A stretch of 64,000 bases of DNA from Lama guanicoe (lineage: Eukaryota). How positions within the stretch are numbered: the stretch's first letter is position 1; every line of letters starts with the position of its first letter. The position numbers and the translations under genes were made by a program. Of this stretch, positions 23,901 through 37,668 are shown in pieces. The notes beneath the pieces were generated by a model. It saw only the letters and a list, made by a program, of their open reading frames with translations. It was not told the origin of the DNA and did no database searches. The stretch is from the NCBI GenBank assembly GCA_013239625.1, contig MU054391.1:808001-872000 (forward strand). Reading direction: 5' to 3'.

Positions 23901-26544
23901 ACCGGGGCCCTCCCTGCACCATTCCTGCTCCTCACCCCACAGACACCCCGACTCCCCGCAGCAGCAAGAAGATGGAACCATCAGAGAAGGCCCGCTTCCC
24001 GGCGCCCCAGCCCTGGCGCTGCCTCCTCCCGCCTGGAGGTGCGACGGGACCTGCGCGTGGGAGGTCCCACTCCCCTCCTGCTCGGGAGACCCCAGAAGGT
24101 CTCCCACGTGCCCCGCATCCCTCTCTGCCCGGCACCTGTCCTCCTGCAGGTGAGCTCGCCGGAGCCGGGGGCTCAGCCCTGCCCCCCGTCACGTCCCGGC
24201 ACTTCACAGGTGCTCAGCCGTGCGCGCTGAGTGAGCGGAGGCGTGAACGTGGCCCCGGAGAGAATCCAGCCATCCACATGGTGCCTGCGCGCATCCACTT
24301 AAAATGAACCTCTGCCAAAGATAAGGCCAAAGTCTGGCTTGAACTTGACCAGTGAGGCAGACACACCTGGTACCGCTCCGGTCAACAGAACAAGTCCATC
24401 AAGCAGGCTTTTGTTCTAGAAAATGGACTAACGAAGAGAAAAAGCCCAGGAAGGTACTTTTATCCCATTGTTAACTTGATTAATTGAAATACTGGTTTTC
24501 TGGATGAAAATTTTAAAGTTGCTCTTTCATAATCTCTTTTCTGCGAAGACACACAGGCCTTCTACTACTCTGCCTTGCGCAGACCCACGTCGTTCCTAAG
24601 CATTAGCGTGTTACCCATTTATACAACAGCGAGACAGCATCGCCTGCTAATATCTGTCTGTAGGTCACACACCACGTCAGCTACAGTGACAAGGTTTTAC
24701 ACCACAAGCCACCGCACCCACAGCGCCATCAGGACCGGAGGTACCTGGGATGGTCAGGGCCGCCTTTGGTCAGCAGCCACACATGCACCTGTCGGAACAC
24801 AAAGACAGCGAACCTACGTAAGGTCGAAGTCGCCCGCGGCGTCTCCTCCCTCCCGACGGCAGCCCTGAGTGTGGACATGAGGGCGAGTGGCCGACGATCA
24901 GAATAATGACAAAACATTCAACAGGCTTAGAAACGTGCCAGCGTGTCCAGTGAATGTCGGGGGACACTAAGCCCATGCTCGTCGCTTCCTCGTCCCCTTG
25001 GGAACGACCCTCGGGCTCCGGCAAGTACCGGCCTTGACGTTATAAACGGACCCCTGACTTCACAGACTTGAGGGAAGGGCAGCAGCTGAGCGACAGGGGC
25101 CAGTCCAGCCTCCCCCCCTCCCCGGGAACCCAGTCCTAGCTCCACGCACAGGCTGGCTTTCCAACAGCACTGGTGTCTGCAGTCACTTTGAAAACAATTC
25201 TGTTCGCAACAAGGACCCAGCGTTCTGTTCCCTCTCCCCCCACCTCTATTTTGGGACGCGAGCCCTGTCATCACAGCACAGAGTGACATTCACAGCAGGT
25301 ACAGCTGACACATGCAGAGCCGTTGGCTCGGCGGCACTAATTGGGTGTCTGTAATGGGAGGGTGATGGCTCAAGTAGGCGGTGTTTAAACACAGGAGTTC
25401 AGAGCCCTGCTTGGGGTCCACTTCCACGTAGACGAGGAACGCCCGCAGCTTAAGTGCAAGGCTCCTGGCAGGATGGCAGGGCCGGCCCCCGACTGCAGGA
25501 AGGCAGCCCGGAGCAAGGAAACCCAGAAGGAATGAAAGAAAGGCCGTCTTCTCCAACCTCCGCGCGTGTAAGATTTATGCAAGAACCCCATTAGCACTAA
25601 TGAGAGCTATGCGTGTAAATCTCCCGTGAAACGACGGGAGACGGGCTTCATCCATCACGGCGCAGACACGGTTTCCGGGCCGGCTTCTAGCGGGCAGGCT
25701 GCTCGGCTGCGATCTGTTCTGTTGCCTTTTCCTAAAGTGCTGAAGCAGCAGGCGCCTGAGAGGCCTTGGGAGGAGCAGGGCTCCCGCGAGCAGCAAGGGG
25801 GCAAGACCGCAGATCTGCGAGCGTGCCGAGTAACTCAGGGCGGCGCCCGCCCCGCTCACGATGCACGGGGCCAAATGAAGTGGATAATCCACGTCACGTG
25901 GATGGAGTCCTCTTCCCCGCAGTTTCACATGTTCTCTGAGGACAGCGGGCAAAGCATTTAAAACATGTTCCTGGCAAGTAACTGCCCCAACTGTCCCGTC
26001 CCCTGCACAGGTGGCTGTGCGGAAACTGGACAGACCACCCCTTTCCCAGAGGGGACCCGTGTTTCCTGCTGCAGTGCCTTTGCTCATGCTGGTGTGGGGG
26101 ACTCCGTCTCCACCAGCCTCTCAAATCCGTGGGATTGTCTGGTCTCCAGGACGCCTCCCTTCTCCCTCTGAGTTTGACACTGATGTCGATCATTCTGCCC
26201 ACTCCTTTCCCGGGAATCCGTCCCGGGTCCACTCTGCCGACCTCCCAAGGGACACATGGAACCTGCACCAGGGTGTCACCCCCCCCAACAGGCTCTCCAC
26301 CAGTATCAGGTGAATGTAAGCCTCCATCAGCAGTTTCAAAGGGGACGCACCTACCCATGGGACCAGGCGCCTTCTTAAGGCATCTGAAGGCCGATCAGGA
26401 GGAGAAATCTAACTTCTAACTCCGGGCAACCCTCACCGCCCTCCCTCTGCTATTCCACACACTGACAAGCACCTGAACGTAAACGTGCCTTCGGAATATA
26501 CAGATGGTGACGCGGCACATGTGACTCTGTACCCTGTGAGTTCT

Positions 26545-26712
26545 CATTTCACAGCACGTGCTGGGCCAAGTTCATACAAGCTCCCTCTTTGAAAAGAGAT
26601 AATTTATAGTGTTCTATTGCAGGAATACAACATAATTTATTCAGCCGGTCTTTAATGGACGAAGAGTTAAGTTGTTTCCCAAATCCTGCTCTTACAAACA
26701 AGCCCATAATGT
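26545..26712 (-). mobile_element. Ancient L1 (L1ME-like) 3' fragment
   Basis: atagtgttctattgcaggaatacaacataatttattcagccggtctttaatggacgaagagttaagttgtttcccaaatcctgctcttacaaac. Confidence 0.6.
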
Positions 26713-26852
26713 GTGTTTTTTGTGTTTTTTTTTCTAAGAAGCCACGGTGAGCCTTAGCGTGCCACTTCAAGTCAAAGAGGAGAGGGAAGAAATGTTCTTT
26801 TTGTTCCGCTCACCGACGTGCTGCGGTCTGGCCACAGCCCGCTCTCCTCGGA

Positions 26853-26997
26853 CGCTTACTATGTGACAGACGCCACTTCATGCTTCCGGTCCTCACCTCG
26901 ACCCCCCAAGGTAAAGACCGTGTGATTATTCCTGGCGCCAGAGAGGGAAACGGAGGCCCACAGAGACGACGGCTGGTCCGCGGTCACCCTGGTCACA
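26853..26997 (-). mobile_element. MIR SINE fragment
   Basis: cgcttactatgtgacagac...gattattcc...gagggaaacggaggcccacagag...ggtcac. Confidence 0.55.
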
Positions 26998-29119
26998 GGA
27001 CCTGCGGCCTCTCTGCAGAGGCCACGCTCGCCACGTGCTCGGTCAGACGAGAATACGTCACAAGGCTAATAACTGTATTTCCTCTCCGGAAAGGAAAAAA
27101 TACACCTGCTTCCAACAGCTGTCCTAGAAGCTTCCACGCAATGTGGCTGCTTGAGATCACTCTTCTAGGCGCGAGGACAAAGATGATGCACCACTAAATA
27201 CCGCTGCTCCGGCAGACGCTGCGCAAGGCTGATCTACTGAATCACGCGACAGGTTTCCACTGTTTGGAAGGAAATTTAACAGGTCAACATGCTACTTTCT
27301 TATGATAAAAATTCCACTGACGCCACGTAGAAGGAACTGTTGATGTCAGCAGATGAAGAGGTTTAATGATCGAAGCTTAAGTGGGAGACGTTACTAGTTA
27401 TTTCAGCAGAATGTGCGGCTCCAAACATACCAATGACGGCAGGTTGTTATAAACATAATGGTGCACGGCCTTTTTGTCAAACAAACACTTGGACCCAAGG
27501 AAAGAACGTAAACTATTATTAAGGAGGAAATATGAAAATGGTAAACAAAGTCAGCATTCAGCCAAAACCTCCCCACAGCACGACGTCGGGACACACCTCT
27601 CACCAGGCACAGACTTTCAGCTGACGCCGCACTTTGCGCCTCCGCAGGGAGTCTGCCCGGGTCCCTGCTGTGAGCGCGAGGTTGTCCCGAGCACACTCGG
27701 CCGCGGGGGCGTGCACCAACGGTCAGAACTCTTGGTACCAGTCACCTCAGTGGCGACTTCAGCGCCTCACTACTGCGACCCTCCCGCCTCGAAACTTACA
27801 ACGCGGTCCTGATGGGGTCGGGGCTGCCGGAGCTGCCCGGGGTTGACCAAACGCCTTCAGCGAAGCACTGTGCTCTCTCGGCATCTTTGGCTCGTGAAGC
27901 TTCGCTAGTCCTGCTCCCAGGGGAACCAGAGGAAAGGGCATTCCAACTCTGAAACGTCGTCCTGAAGCCTTCACGGACCTGGGGGGGTTCAGGTACTGCT
28001 GGGGCCTTCCGTCTCACGGTCACCCACGAGTGAGGGCAGCAGGTCACGGTGCAGGTGGCCATGGGGCCGACCTCACTCACGGCAGCAGGACCCTCCCCTG
28101 AGCCAAGAGCCGCTCCTCTCCGGCGAGCTCCGTCCCCCCAGGGGCCTTCCCAGCATCTGGCACGCTGGGCCCTCCATGTCACCGGGGTAACCAGGGTCCC
28201 ACACGGCCTCACCTACTTCCCAGCTTTGCTGCAATCAGAACGCCCCCGACTGAGGTGGTGCTTCTCTGCTGGGAGGGAGGAAATGCCACGCTTTGCAGTT
28301 TCCTTCACACCCTCGGGGAGGAGAGAGGGGTTAGTAATTTGTATCTCACTTTCCAAGAGAGCAGTGATCCAAGCCTTCGAGATGAGTCATGAAAAATGCA
28401 AATTTCCACTATTTCTTAAGCTAAATTACAGAAAAAAAATCAAAAGGCTCAAACCCTTTCATTTATTCATTTTTTACTATCCATACCATTTTATAACATC
28501 ACACTGAATAAACATCGCTACCAGGGCAGGTAAACCGAGTTGTAATGATGACTTAAGCCACACTGATGGCTCACGCATTACGTCCTGAGTTGGGGGCGAT
28601 CTTGACAAGACACGACTCAGAACGGCGGGCTGTTTTCCGGGGGAGGCTGTACCAGCGTGCCAACAGCAGAATTGTATTCGCGGCCCGGCACCTTTAGGCA
28701 AAACCCTGAGGTTTAGGGGCGATCCGGGAGGTTGGCGAATTCTCGGTGTGTCCGTGTGCATAGATGCACAATACTTCACATGCACACATAGATGATATCC
28801 GCGGTGAATGTACGTGGAAGAGACACAGGAGGGCCACGTGTGATGTGCGCACAGCCCTGGGGACGTGGCAGAAGCACCCCGAGCTGAAGGGTGCTGCCAG
28901 GAGCCAAAACGCCCGCCCAGGTGTGAATTCCGTCCGTGCCATTCACTGCGCAACGCTGGACGACTTACCCACCTTCCCTGCAGACTCGTTTCCTCTGATG
29001 CACGTTACAGGTAACTATCTGGACAAGAGGCAGAACACAGGGTGTTCTGGGGACTCGCTGGGGGTGGGGGCGGGGCGGGTGTGTCGTGGACCCTCGATTT
29101 AACGCTTAGCTACTGTCAC

Positions 29120-29270
29120 CGCCATTTGTGGTTTACATTATTTTCCTGTAATCCATCCCATTCTATCGAGCCCTTTATCCCTGTTTTACAGAACATGGAA
29201 GTTAAGACTTTGAGGGGATTTGCCCAAAGGGATATAAGTGGTAATTGGCAGGGCTAGATCGAAACTAATG
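29120..29270 (-). mobile_element. MIR SINE fragment
   Basis: tttacattattttcctgtaatcc...ttatccctgttttacag...tttgcccaaagg...aagtggtaattggcagggctaga. Confidence 0.55.
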
Positions 29271-31547
29271 GTATTTGTCAGCTGTTTTAAATAAATCCGT
29301 TTCAAAGGGTCAAAGAACACGGATTTATGCAGTTGGAGCCGTTTCAGCAGATTCCTCCTGGGCACAGGACACACTTTTCTTTAAAATGGTCCCCATTCAG
29401 AACACAATTCTCAAAGTTTTCGGGAAACAGACACTGATTTTATTTTGAGTGAGCTCTTTAGCGTGGGGATTGGATGGCAGTGTGAGTTTCTCCTTGGCTC
29501 TGGTTCAGGGGAAACTGGATCTCCTTGAGGGCCATCTCAGGGACGCCACAGGTACTCAGGCCTGGCGTCACGGCAGCTAAGTGGGACACACAGGGACAGA
29601 AGGTGCCCCAAAGTGAAGTCCCGTTCTACGGCACTTTTATTCTCCTGCAGAGCAAGCCCTGAAGTCCTTCTTCACTGGGGATGCTAAGGGAAGCCAGGGG
29701 CTGCGGACAGGAAGTACGGCTCACGGGAGCCGGGGGGCTCATGGGGGAGGAAGAGCTGCAGGACAGGGCTGTGTTCAGCCCTGCGTGTCCAGCCTTGGCC
29801 GACGGTGCTGCGCTCCCGTCCACTGCCTCCTTCTGGCTTCGAGTTGTCATCCAAAGGGTGGAACCAGCAGAGGAGCAGTCCTGGGATCTCTAGTTCAGAT
29901 GCCTGCAGAGCAGCAGCCGAGGCAGGGTCTGGACAGTCGACCACAGTCATGGGGGCCACGGGGGGCAGCAAGGTGGTGGGCAGACGGTGAGAGCATTGGC
30001 AACCGATCCCTGGGACAGAGAGCCCGGGCTGGACCAGGCCACACACTCCATCAGGAAGGGTCGGGGGCGGCGCCGCCTGACAGTCTCTCCTGGACCTCAG
30101 GAGTCACGCTTGTTTTGGGAACATGAACCCCAAGCTGGGAGGAGTGAGTCCCTTGTCCTAGTGAGCAGCCGCACCTGCCGAGTGGCTGGCGTCCGTGTCT
30201 GTGCCTTGAGTTTGTCTCTGGGTTTCATGTTTTTCCCCGTGTTACTATGCGAAGCTGTTCCCAGCTCTGTCCATTTAATGCACTACCCTGGGGTCACTTC
30301 CTCTCAAAGACACCTCTGCCCTCTCAAATCAGAGTTACCATCTCTTCTTTCTCTTCCTAAATCATTTTCCCCAGACCTCTGCTGATACTGGGAGAAGTGA
30401 ATGAGCCGCTTACCAGGGCCAGGGAGCTGGCTCAGCTCTGGAACACCGAGAGGAGCCGCGCACGTGCTCTGCGCTGAAGAGAGGACCTTATGGGCCTATT
30501 TCCCCACGGTCCTTACCACACCTTGGGGACCCTTTAGGGACAGTGACCCCGTGCCTCACTCATTTTATACCTCCAGGGTCTAGAAGAGTTCATGGCACAA
30601 AACAGATACTCAACAGTGTTGAACAAAAGGGAAGAGGATGGAAAAACTGACTTGCACACATTTATTCCTTGGTGCTGATGGCAGGAAGGGGCAGCTGTGG
30701 ACAAAGCCTCCCATATGGGCACTTTGCTGCCGTGTCTCTTCTGCTAACTTCTGAGTAGTTTTATGCGGCTTGGAAATAGACTTGGATTAAGGACGGAAAT
30801 TTGAAGGCTCCTTGGAATTAGTGACTTGTGTCAAATGTAGATCTCTAGACAAAGTTCCTTTCTGTCCCACTGAAGGCCACCTCTGTCTTATTAATTACGT
30901 CATCCTAGCATCTCAGCGTAGCTTGTCACAGCGCAGACAGCATCTCAAGTTGTCTCACCCTCCCTTTACTGCGCCGTGAAGTGGGAAGAATAATCACGCA
31001 GACCTGTGGCGCTGGGAGGAATTTAGCTCTTGCCCGGTGCTGGCGTGTTTGGCAGGGTTCAATCATCGGTAAGTTCTGTTATTTCAGAAATGACGCTGGA
31101 GGCTGATCAATCACACATTCAAACATGCTGTGTGTCTCCACGTCATTAATACTGACTGTGGTCTTGGAGGATGCCCCACGATACCTAAGGTTTTCTGTCT
31201 TCTAGCCTCTCGTGATGCATAAAGAACTTCTGACTGCCAGACAAGCTGACCTTGGGTGACACTGGTGGTCTTCTACTAAGGAACTTCTGATTTCTGAATT
31301 CTTAGTTTTAAGAAATTCAACAGAAACTGTATCTTCATCCTCAGTGCAGATTTTTGTGAAGCTGTATATTTAACATTCCTATATAATTGCTTATTTTTCA
31401 CCAAACCAGGATCAGAAAAGATAAAATAAACTCTGAATTTTTTCACACTGAAAAAAATTATTTAAAGTAATGGTACATGCTCATATTGGATAGGGGAACT
31501 CACTACAATAAAGTATGGAAATCTCTCTTCTTGTTTAAGAACCTTAG

Positions 31548-33142
31548 CCATGCAATTATAGATTCAATACAATCCCCATCAAAACCTCATGGCCGTTTTT
31601 TGCAGAAATAGAAAGATCCATCCTAAAATTTATATGGAATCTCAAGAAACCCCCTCCAACAGACAAAACAATCTTGAAAAATTAAAACAAATTTGAAAGT
31701 TTCATAAATCTTGATTTCAAAACTCACTACAAAGCTACAGGAATCAAAACAGCACAGCACTGGCATGAAGGCAGATATGCAGACCAAGTGGAATAGAAGA
31801 CAGCCTCTGAATAAACCCTTGCATATATGGTCAAATCATTTCTGACAAGGGCACCATGAGCATTCAACAGAGAAAAGGTAGCCTTTTCACAAATGGTGCT
31901 GGGAAAACTGTATCTACATGCAGAAGAATGAAGTTGGAACCTTAACTTATACCATATACAAAAAGTAACACAAAATGGACCAAAACTCAGAACTAAACAT
32001 AAGAGCTAAAGCTATACAACTCTTACAAGAAAATACATAGAAAAATCTTTATGATATTCGATTTGGCAACAATTTCTTGGATATGATACCCAAAACACAG
32101 GCAACAAAAGGAAAATAGATAAACGAGACTATGTCAAAATTAAGAACTTTTGTGCATCAAAGGACACTAGCAACCAAATGAAAAGATAAACCACAGAGTA
32201 GGAGAAAATACTTGCAGATCACTTACCTAATAAGGGCTTAATATCCAGGATATATGAACAACCCCTACAGCCCAACAATGTCAATAAGACAACTGGGTTA
32301 AGGCAATGGGCTTGAACAGACGATTATCCAAAGAAGACACACCAATGGCCAATAAGTACATGAAAAGCCACTCGACATCACTAATCGCTAGAGAAATACA
32401 AGCCAAAACCACAATACGATCCCACTCCACCCTCATTTGGACGGCTGTTACTGAACATAAACGAGTGTTGGTGAGGACGCGGAGAAACTGAAACCCTTGT
32501 GCAGCGTTGGTGGAAATGGAAGGCGGTGCAGCCATGACTGACAACAGCATGGAGGTTCCTTAAAAAATTAGAGGTAACACAGGATCACACAATTCCACAT
32601 CTGGGTATATTCAGTAGAACTCAATGTGGGGATTCAAAAACATATTTGCACACCCATGTTCATCGCGGTGTTCACAGCACAGCATTCACAACAGCCCAGA
32701 GGTGGCCATTTATGGAAAGTGGATAAAGAAAATGTGGTCTAGACATATCATGGAATGTTATTTGATCTCAAAAAGGAAGGAAGTTCCAGCACCTGCCACA
32801 ACACAGACGAACCTTGACGACACTACGCTTGTGCGATAAGCCGGTCATTAAAGGACAAATACTGTATGAGTCCACTCATGTGAGATGCCTGGCACAGTCA
32901 GATTCATAGAGACAGAAAGTGGGATCATGGCTGCCTGAAGCTGGGGCGGGTGGGGGCACGTGGAGAGTGACTGCTTAAGGTACAGAGCTGTAATTTTGGA
33001 AGATGAAGGCAGTTCTGGAGATGGGTGGTGAGGCCGGCCACACGGCTATGTAAGTGTACTTGATGTGACAGAACTGTAGGCTTAAAAATGGTGAAGGTGG
33101 TAAGTTTTATGTTGCATATATTTTAGCAGAATTTTTGAAATT
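31548..33142 (+). mobile_element. 5'-truncated L1 (L1MB-like), ~1.6 kb: ORF2 3' part plus 3' UTR
   Basis: atagattcaatacaatccccatcaaa...; ORF 32306..32491 (LNRRLSKEDTPMANKYMK...IAREIQAKTTIR); 3' end cttaaaaatggtgaaggtggtaagttttatgttgcatatattttagcagaa. Confidence 0.95.
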
Positions 33143-34321
33143 CTTGGAAAATAAAATCAGCTATAACCTGAGGTTTGCAAGGAGCGTGGCTCTGGAGGTC
33201 CTGGAGGGAGGCTTACCCAAGTAATTGACAGCAACCTGGGAGGACCTTGGGCTATGCAAATGAGCCCTGATGAAAAACGCGCTTAATTTCCTTAAAGACA
33301 GAGTCCCTAAACAGACCAGCAGTAGAAACAGATGTCTGACTTTAAAGGAGTTAGTACGAACGAAGCAGGTCTGTCCAACTGCCAAAGATGAATGTGGCCA
33401 TGAGCTTATTCTGGGGGTCATGCAATTGGATAAGAGAAGACTACTTGAGCCTGTGTTTAGTAACAGATGATAAATTCTGACTTCACACTGTTTGTTTATT
33501 AAAATTAAGGGAAGTTGTCCTCTTTATCAAATACAAAACACTCCATTGACAAACCTGTCTTTATGCTTTTGCAAATACATGCTAAGGAAATATGGAAACC
33601 GTATGTCTGCACCGAGAGCCTACAGTGTGACACAGACCTTACCTTTAAGTTGCTCCTTGGACAGCCATCCGTCTGGGGACCGCCTAGAACCTCTCTTGAC
33701 CCAACGCCGTTGACAATGTCAGAGACACAAACACTTGGCTGGATTTGACGACTACATGTTTTTCCCTCTTCCACGAGATGCAGCCGCTCTAGAGAAGAAC
33801 AAAAGGGAAAGACGCAAGGTTGGCTTCCATACTGTGCAGGTCCCACCTGAGGGGTGTGGCCACCAGGGAGGTGCGCCCTTGAGGAGAGAGGGGTAGTGAC
33901 ACCCCGGCTGGGGGCGCGGACTCTCGGAGACACTCCAGGGAGGGACATGGAGACAATACCACAGCTGACTGATTTCTGACCTATGACTCCTGATCAGTGA
34001 CTGATCGACGACCCCTCGGACAAAACTCCCTTTAGAAAACTAAACGGCTGCTTGTGATACAAGATTACACAAAACTGTAAATACATTCTCACAAAACAAA
34101 GTGCAAGCGCTGTTTTGATCACATCTGAAAAATACTGACAGCATGAAATACTTAGAAGGTAATTAGCGAGGCACGTATAGTGCATCCACACATCTGTAGG
34201 TAGGTTGTACCGTCATCGACTGTCATGTGTGTTTTCAGTCTGTCCTTCTCTGTCAAAGGACAGTGACTAAGCTATAGTCCTTTCCGTATGAAAGGTTTAC
34301 AAGGACATGCTATTTGCCAAT

Positions 34322-34660
34322 TTAAAAAAAAGAACAAAATACAAAACAGAAACAGACTCATAGACATAGAATACAACTTGTGGTTGCCAAGGGGGCGGGG
34401 GGTGGGAAGGGACAGACTGGGATTTCAAAATTTGCAGGTACTGACAGGCATATCTAGAACAGATAAACGAGATTACATGGTGTAGCACAGGGAAATATAT
34501 ACAAGATCTTGTGGTGGCTCACAGCGAAAAAAAATGTGACAATGAATACATGTATGTTCACATATAACTGAAAAACTGTGCTCTACACTGGAATTAGACA
34601 CAACATTGTAAAATGACTATAACTCCATAAAAAATGTAAAAAAAAGGAAAACAAAACACA
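34322..34660 (+). mobile_element. L1 3' UTR fragment (younger, camelid-type) with A-rich tail
   Basis: aaaacagaaacagactcatagacatagaatacaacttgtggttgccaagggg...tagcacagggaaatatatacaagatcttg...cacaacattgtaaaatgactataactccataaaaaa. Confidence 0.9.
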
Positions 34661-36129
34661 ATCTCTTAAGTAATAATCAAAAATTTTTATTTGTTGTAAC
34701 TACCGAGCAACAACCAAATGTACTGCTTAAAATGGCCTTTATGCCTGATCTTCTGTGATGAGTATTTACATAGTGGGTACAGTTATGCTGAGTATGTTCT
34801 GAGACATTATATTCCTAAATTGGCTAAGAATGGCCTGGACGGTATTCAATATAGTGGTTTTATGAAAATGCATCTTAATTCTCATATGAAGAACATCAAA
34901 TAGAAAAATTTAAATAAATCTTATAAATAAACCCACGCAAAGCAAAACAATTAAGTGACTGAAAAATACACGAACAGGATCAGATCTTAATGATCAAAGC
35001 CCCTCCATCCGAGGTACTGCCAACACTCTGCTAAAAAATCATGTTAATGAAATGTTGCAATATTCATTTACACAATGTTTTGCTCTTCTGTCATCCTAGG
35101 AATCCACCTCTGTCACTTGAGGCATTCCACAAAGTTCCATGGACTCATCGCATGGTTCGCCTTCGTTCTGGGGAGTCCTCCAGGGCCCTGGCCGGTGGGG
35201 AGGAGCACGACCCTGGGGCTCGCCCCGAGGGGTGGGCTGTGGTGCGGCCACGACAGACACGGCTGCAAACAGGCAGGAGGGTGACAGGCTCCCATTCGGG
35301 TGAGAAGGGGCTGGAAAATAGAGCTTTGTGGACAGGAAGCTGCTCCTCCAAATACCGCCGTGTCTGCCCTCCCCTGCGCCCTGACAGGGGGCGGACCCCG
35401 TCCCGCCTCCCTCAGCACGGGGGCGGGCACGCCCACCAGCGCGAGAGCTCTGCCCCGTCTTGGAAGACAGGACGTTAGGGAGACTGTCAGCAAGAAACAC
35501 GCCTCTTCTGTGAGAGGAATTTTCACCCTGGAGTCATTTATCAGACGTGGATTAAAACTCACTGTCACACGGATTGCAGACCACGTGCCCTTGAAGGGTA
35601 TCTGATGTTCCTTACTAAATGTATATATATTCTGATTTAAGATAACTGAGATGTAAAAAAGAAGTTTCTTCTTTAAGGCAGAATTTAAAAAAATAAAATG
35701 AAAGAAACTGAGCAGATTGTTCTTTTCACGAAGCGCCTCTCACTCTGCAGGAGCTCACAGAACCACCTCCTGGCGGGTGAGCCCCGCCAGTGACATGATC
35801 TTGTCCCGGTTGCTCGGGTACCGGACGGAGGGTTACGTGCCTGTTGTTCTGGCTGCTTACAGCTTCCTACCACATACACTGCTTGTGATGATTGATAATG
35901 GAATTCCCAGGATGAGCTCTTAAATGGAGTGTTTAGCGGGTAGCTTAGTTGCAAAGCACAAATCACAGAGATGACACAGGCAGAGCGGGAGCCACACCCA
36001 CATGCCGTCCTCACCTACAGCTCTGCTGGCACCCTCTCACCCACCGTCACTCAGGGAACCCACAGGGTGTGCTGTGTGACATCTGTCACTCTGTGAAGTC
36101 ATGTTACACGTGTTTCTTTGCTTTAAGCT

Positions 36130-37500
36130 GTTCCTTTTGAGGTTAAGTGTGATGCACATGCAGCTGGAAGAAAGAAGAGACCTTCCGTGCCCTTGAACCA
36201 GAACCTCCAGTACCAACGTCTCCCCAGACTCCAAGACATGGATCATCACAACCAGGACATTGACACCGACTCACAACTCACCCCACTGACCTTGCTCAGA
36301 CCGCCCTGGTTTGCTTGTCCTCATGTGCTTGTGTGTGTTTACCTGCAGGTGATTTCATTGCTGGGTGTGTCCACGCGTGCCCCGCCAGAGCCAAGACACA
36401 GAATGCCCATCACCACGAGGGCCACGCTGCCCGTGTGTAACCACGTCCACTTGCTCCCTGCAGCCACCAATCTGCCCTCTGTTTCTATAATGTTGTCATT
36501 TTGAGAATGTTCTACAGCACAGAGAACAGCCTGCTGGTTTCCAGAGGCGGGGTGGGGATGGAGGAGGGTTAGCCAGATGAGTGAGGGGGTCAAAAACTCC
36601 AAACTTCAGCTGTAAGATATGTAAGTCGTGGGCATGTCATAATCAACATGGTGGCCGTAATTTCTAACGCTGTATTGTATACCTGAAAGTTGCTAGGTGA
36701 GTGGACCTTAAGAGCTCATCACACACGCAGAAATTTGTAACTCTGGTGACGATGTTCACTCGACTGACTGCGGTGATCATTTTGCAGCGTACAGGTACAC
36801 AGCATTATAACATCACACCTGAAGCTTGCGTAGCGTTGTATGACATCTCAGTAACAATAAGAACGGCTTCTAAATGCAACCATGCAGTCTGCAACCTTGT
36901 GTGGGTTGGCTTTTCTCACTCAGACTAATTCTTTGAAGGGCCAACCAGGTTGTCATGTGTGTCAACACTCGGTGCGTTTATTGCTGAGGGTTTCCGCGAT
37001 GCAACGGACCATACTTTTTGACCGTTCATCTGCTGAAGGGCATCGGCGCTGTTTGCAGTTTGGGGCTGTTACGAACAAAGCTGCTATAAACATTCGTTGT
37101 CACCATCTTCGCTTTTGCCATTCTAATAGGTATGTGGTGGTGCCTCATTGTGGTTTGAACCCACCTTCTTCCCCTGACGGCCAACGACGCCAGCATCTGT
37201 CCATGTGCTGTTTGTTGTCCGTGCATCCTCTGTGCTCAACGTCTGTTCATGTGCTATTTGCCGTCTGTGTGTCCTCTGCAGTCAATGTGTGTCTTTTGCC
37301 CCTTTTCTAACTGGGTTTTTTCTTTATTGTTCAATTCTGAGAGCTCAGGTACATTTTAGACACTGGCCTTCTGCTGAAAATGTGGTTTGCAGGCATTTTT
37401 CCCGTTTAGTGGCTCGTCTTTTATGCCTGAGGGTATATTAGCAGCACAGGTTTTAATTTTTCTGAAGTCTAATTTATCAAACTTCCCTTTATGGGTCATA
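36130..37500 (-). mobile_element. Old L1 (L1MC-like) 3' region, interrupted by a nested L1 3' end
   Basis: ttctataatgttgtcattttgagaatgttcta...taaatgcaaccatgcagtctgcaacc...; minus ORF 37026..37226 contains TTMRHHHIPIRMAK (ORF2p C-terminus). Confidence 0.8.
36515..36865 (+). mobile_element. Nested L1 3' end (L1MA9/10-like)
   Basis: agagaacagcctgctggtttccagagg...gggtcaaaaactccaaacttcagctgtaagat...gtattgtatacctgaaagttgctagg...tgcggtgatcattttgcag. Confidence 0.8.
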
Positions 37501-37514
37501 AATTTGTTTCTGCA

Positions 37515-37668
37515 TTTATTTTCTGTCTTCCTCCACTGAAAAATGACACTCCTTTAGGGCAGAGACTTCGCTACGTAACCTACTTCTGAGTCCCGAAGTC
37601 TAGAACGGTGCCCGGGCCCCAGCAGGTGCTCAACAGACATGTGTGAAATGAATACATACATAAATAAA
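37515..37668 (+). mobile_element. L2 3' end
   Basis: tctgtcttcctccact...agggcagagactt...tctagaacggtgcccgggccccagcaggtgctcaacagacatgtgtgaaatgaat. Confidence 0.75.
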
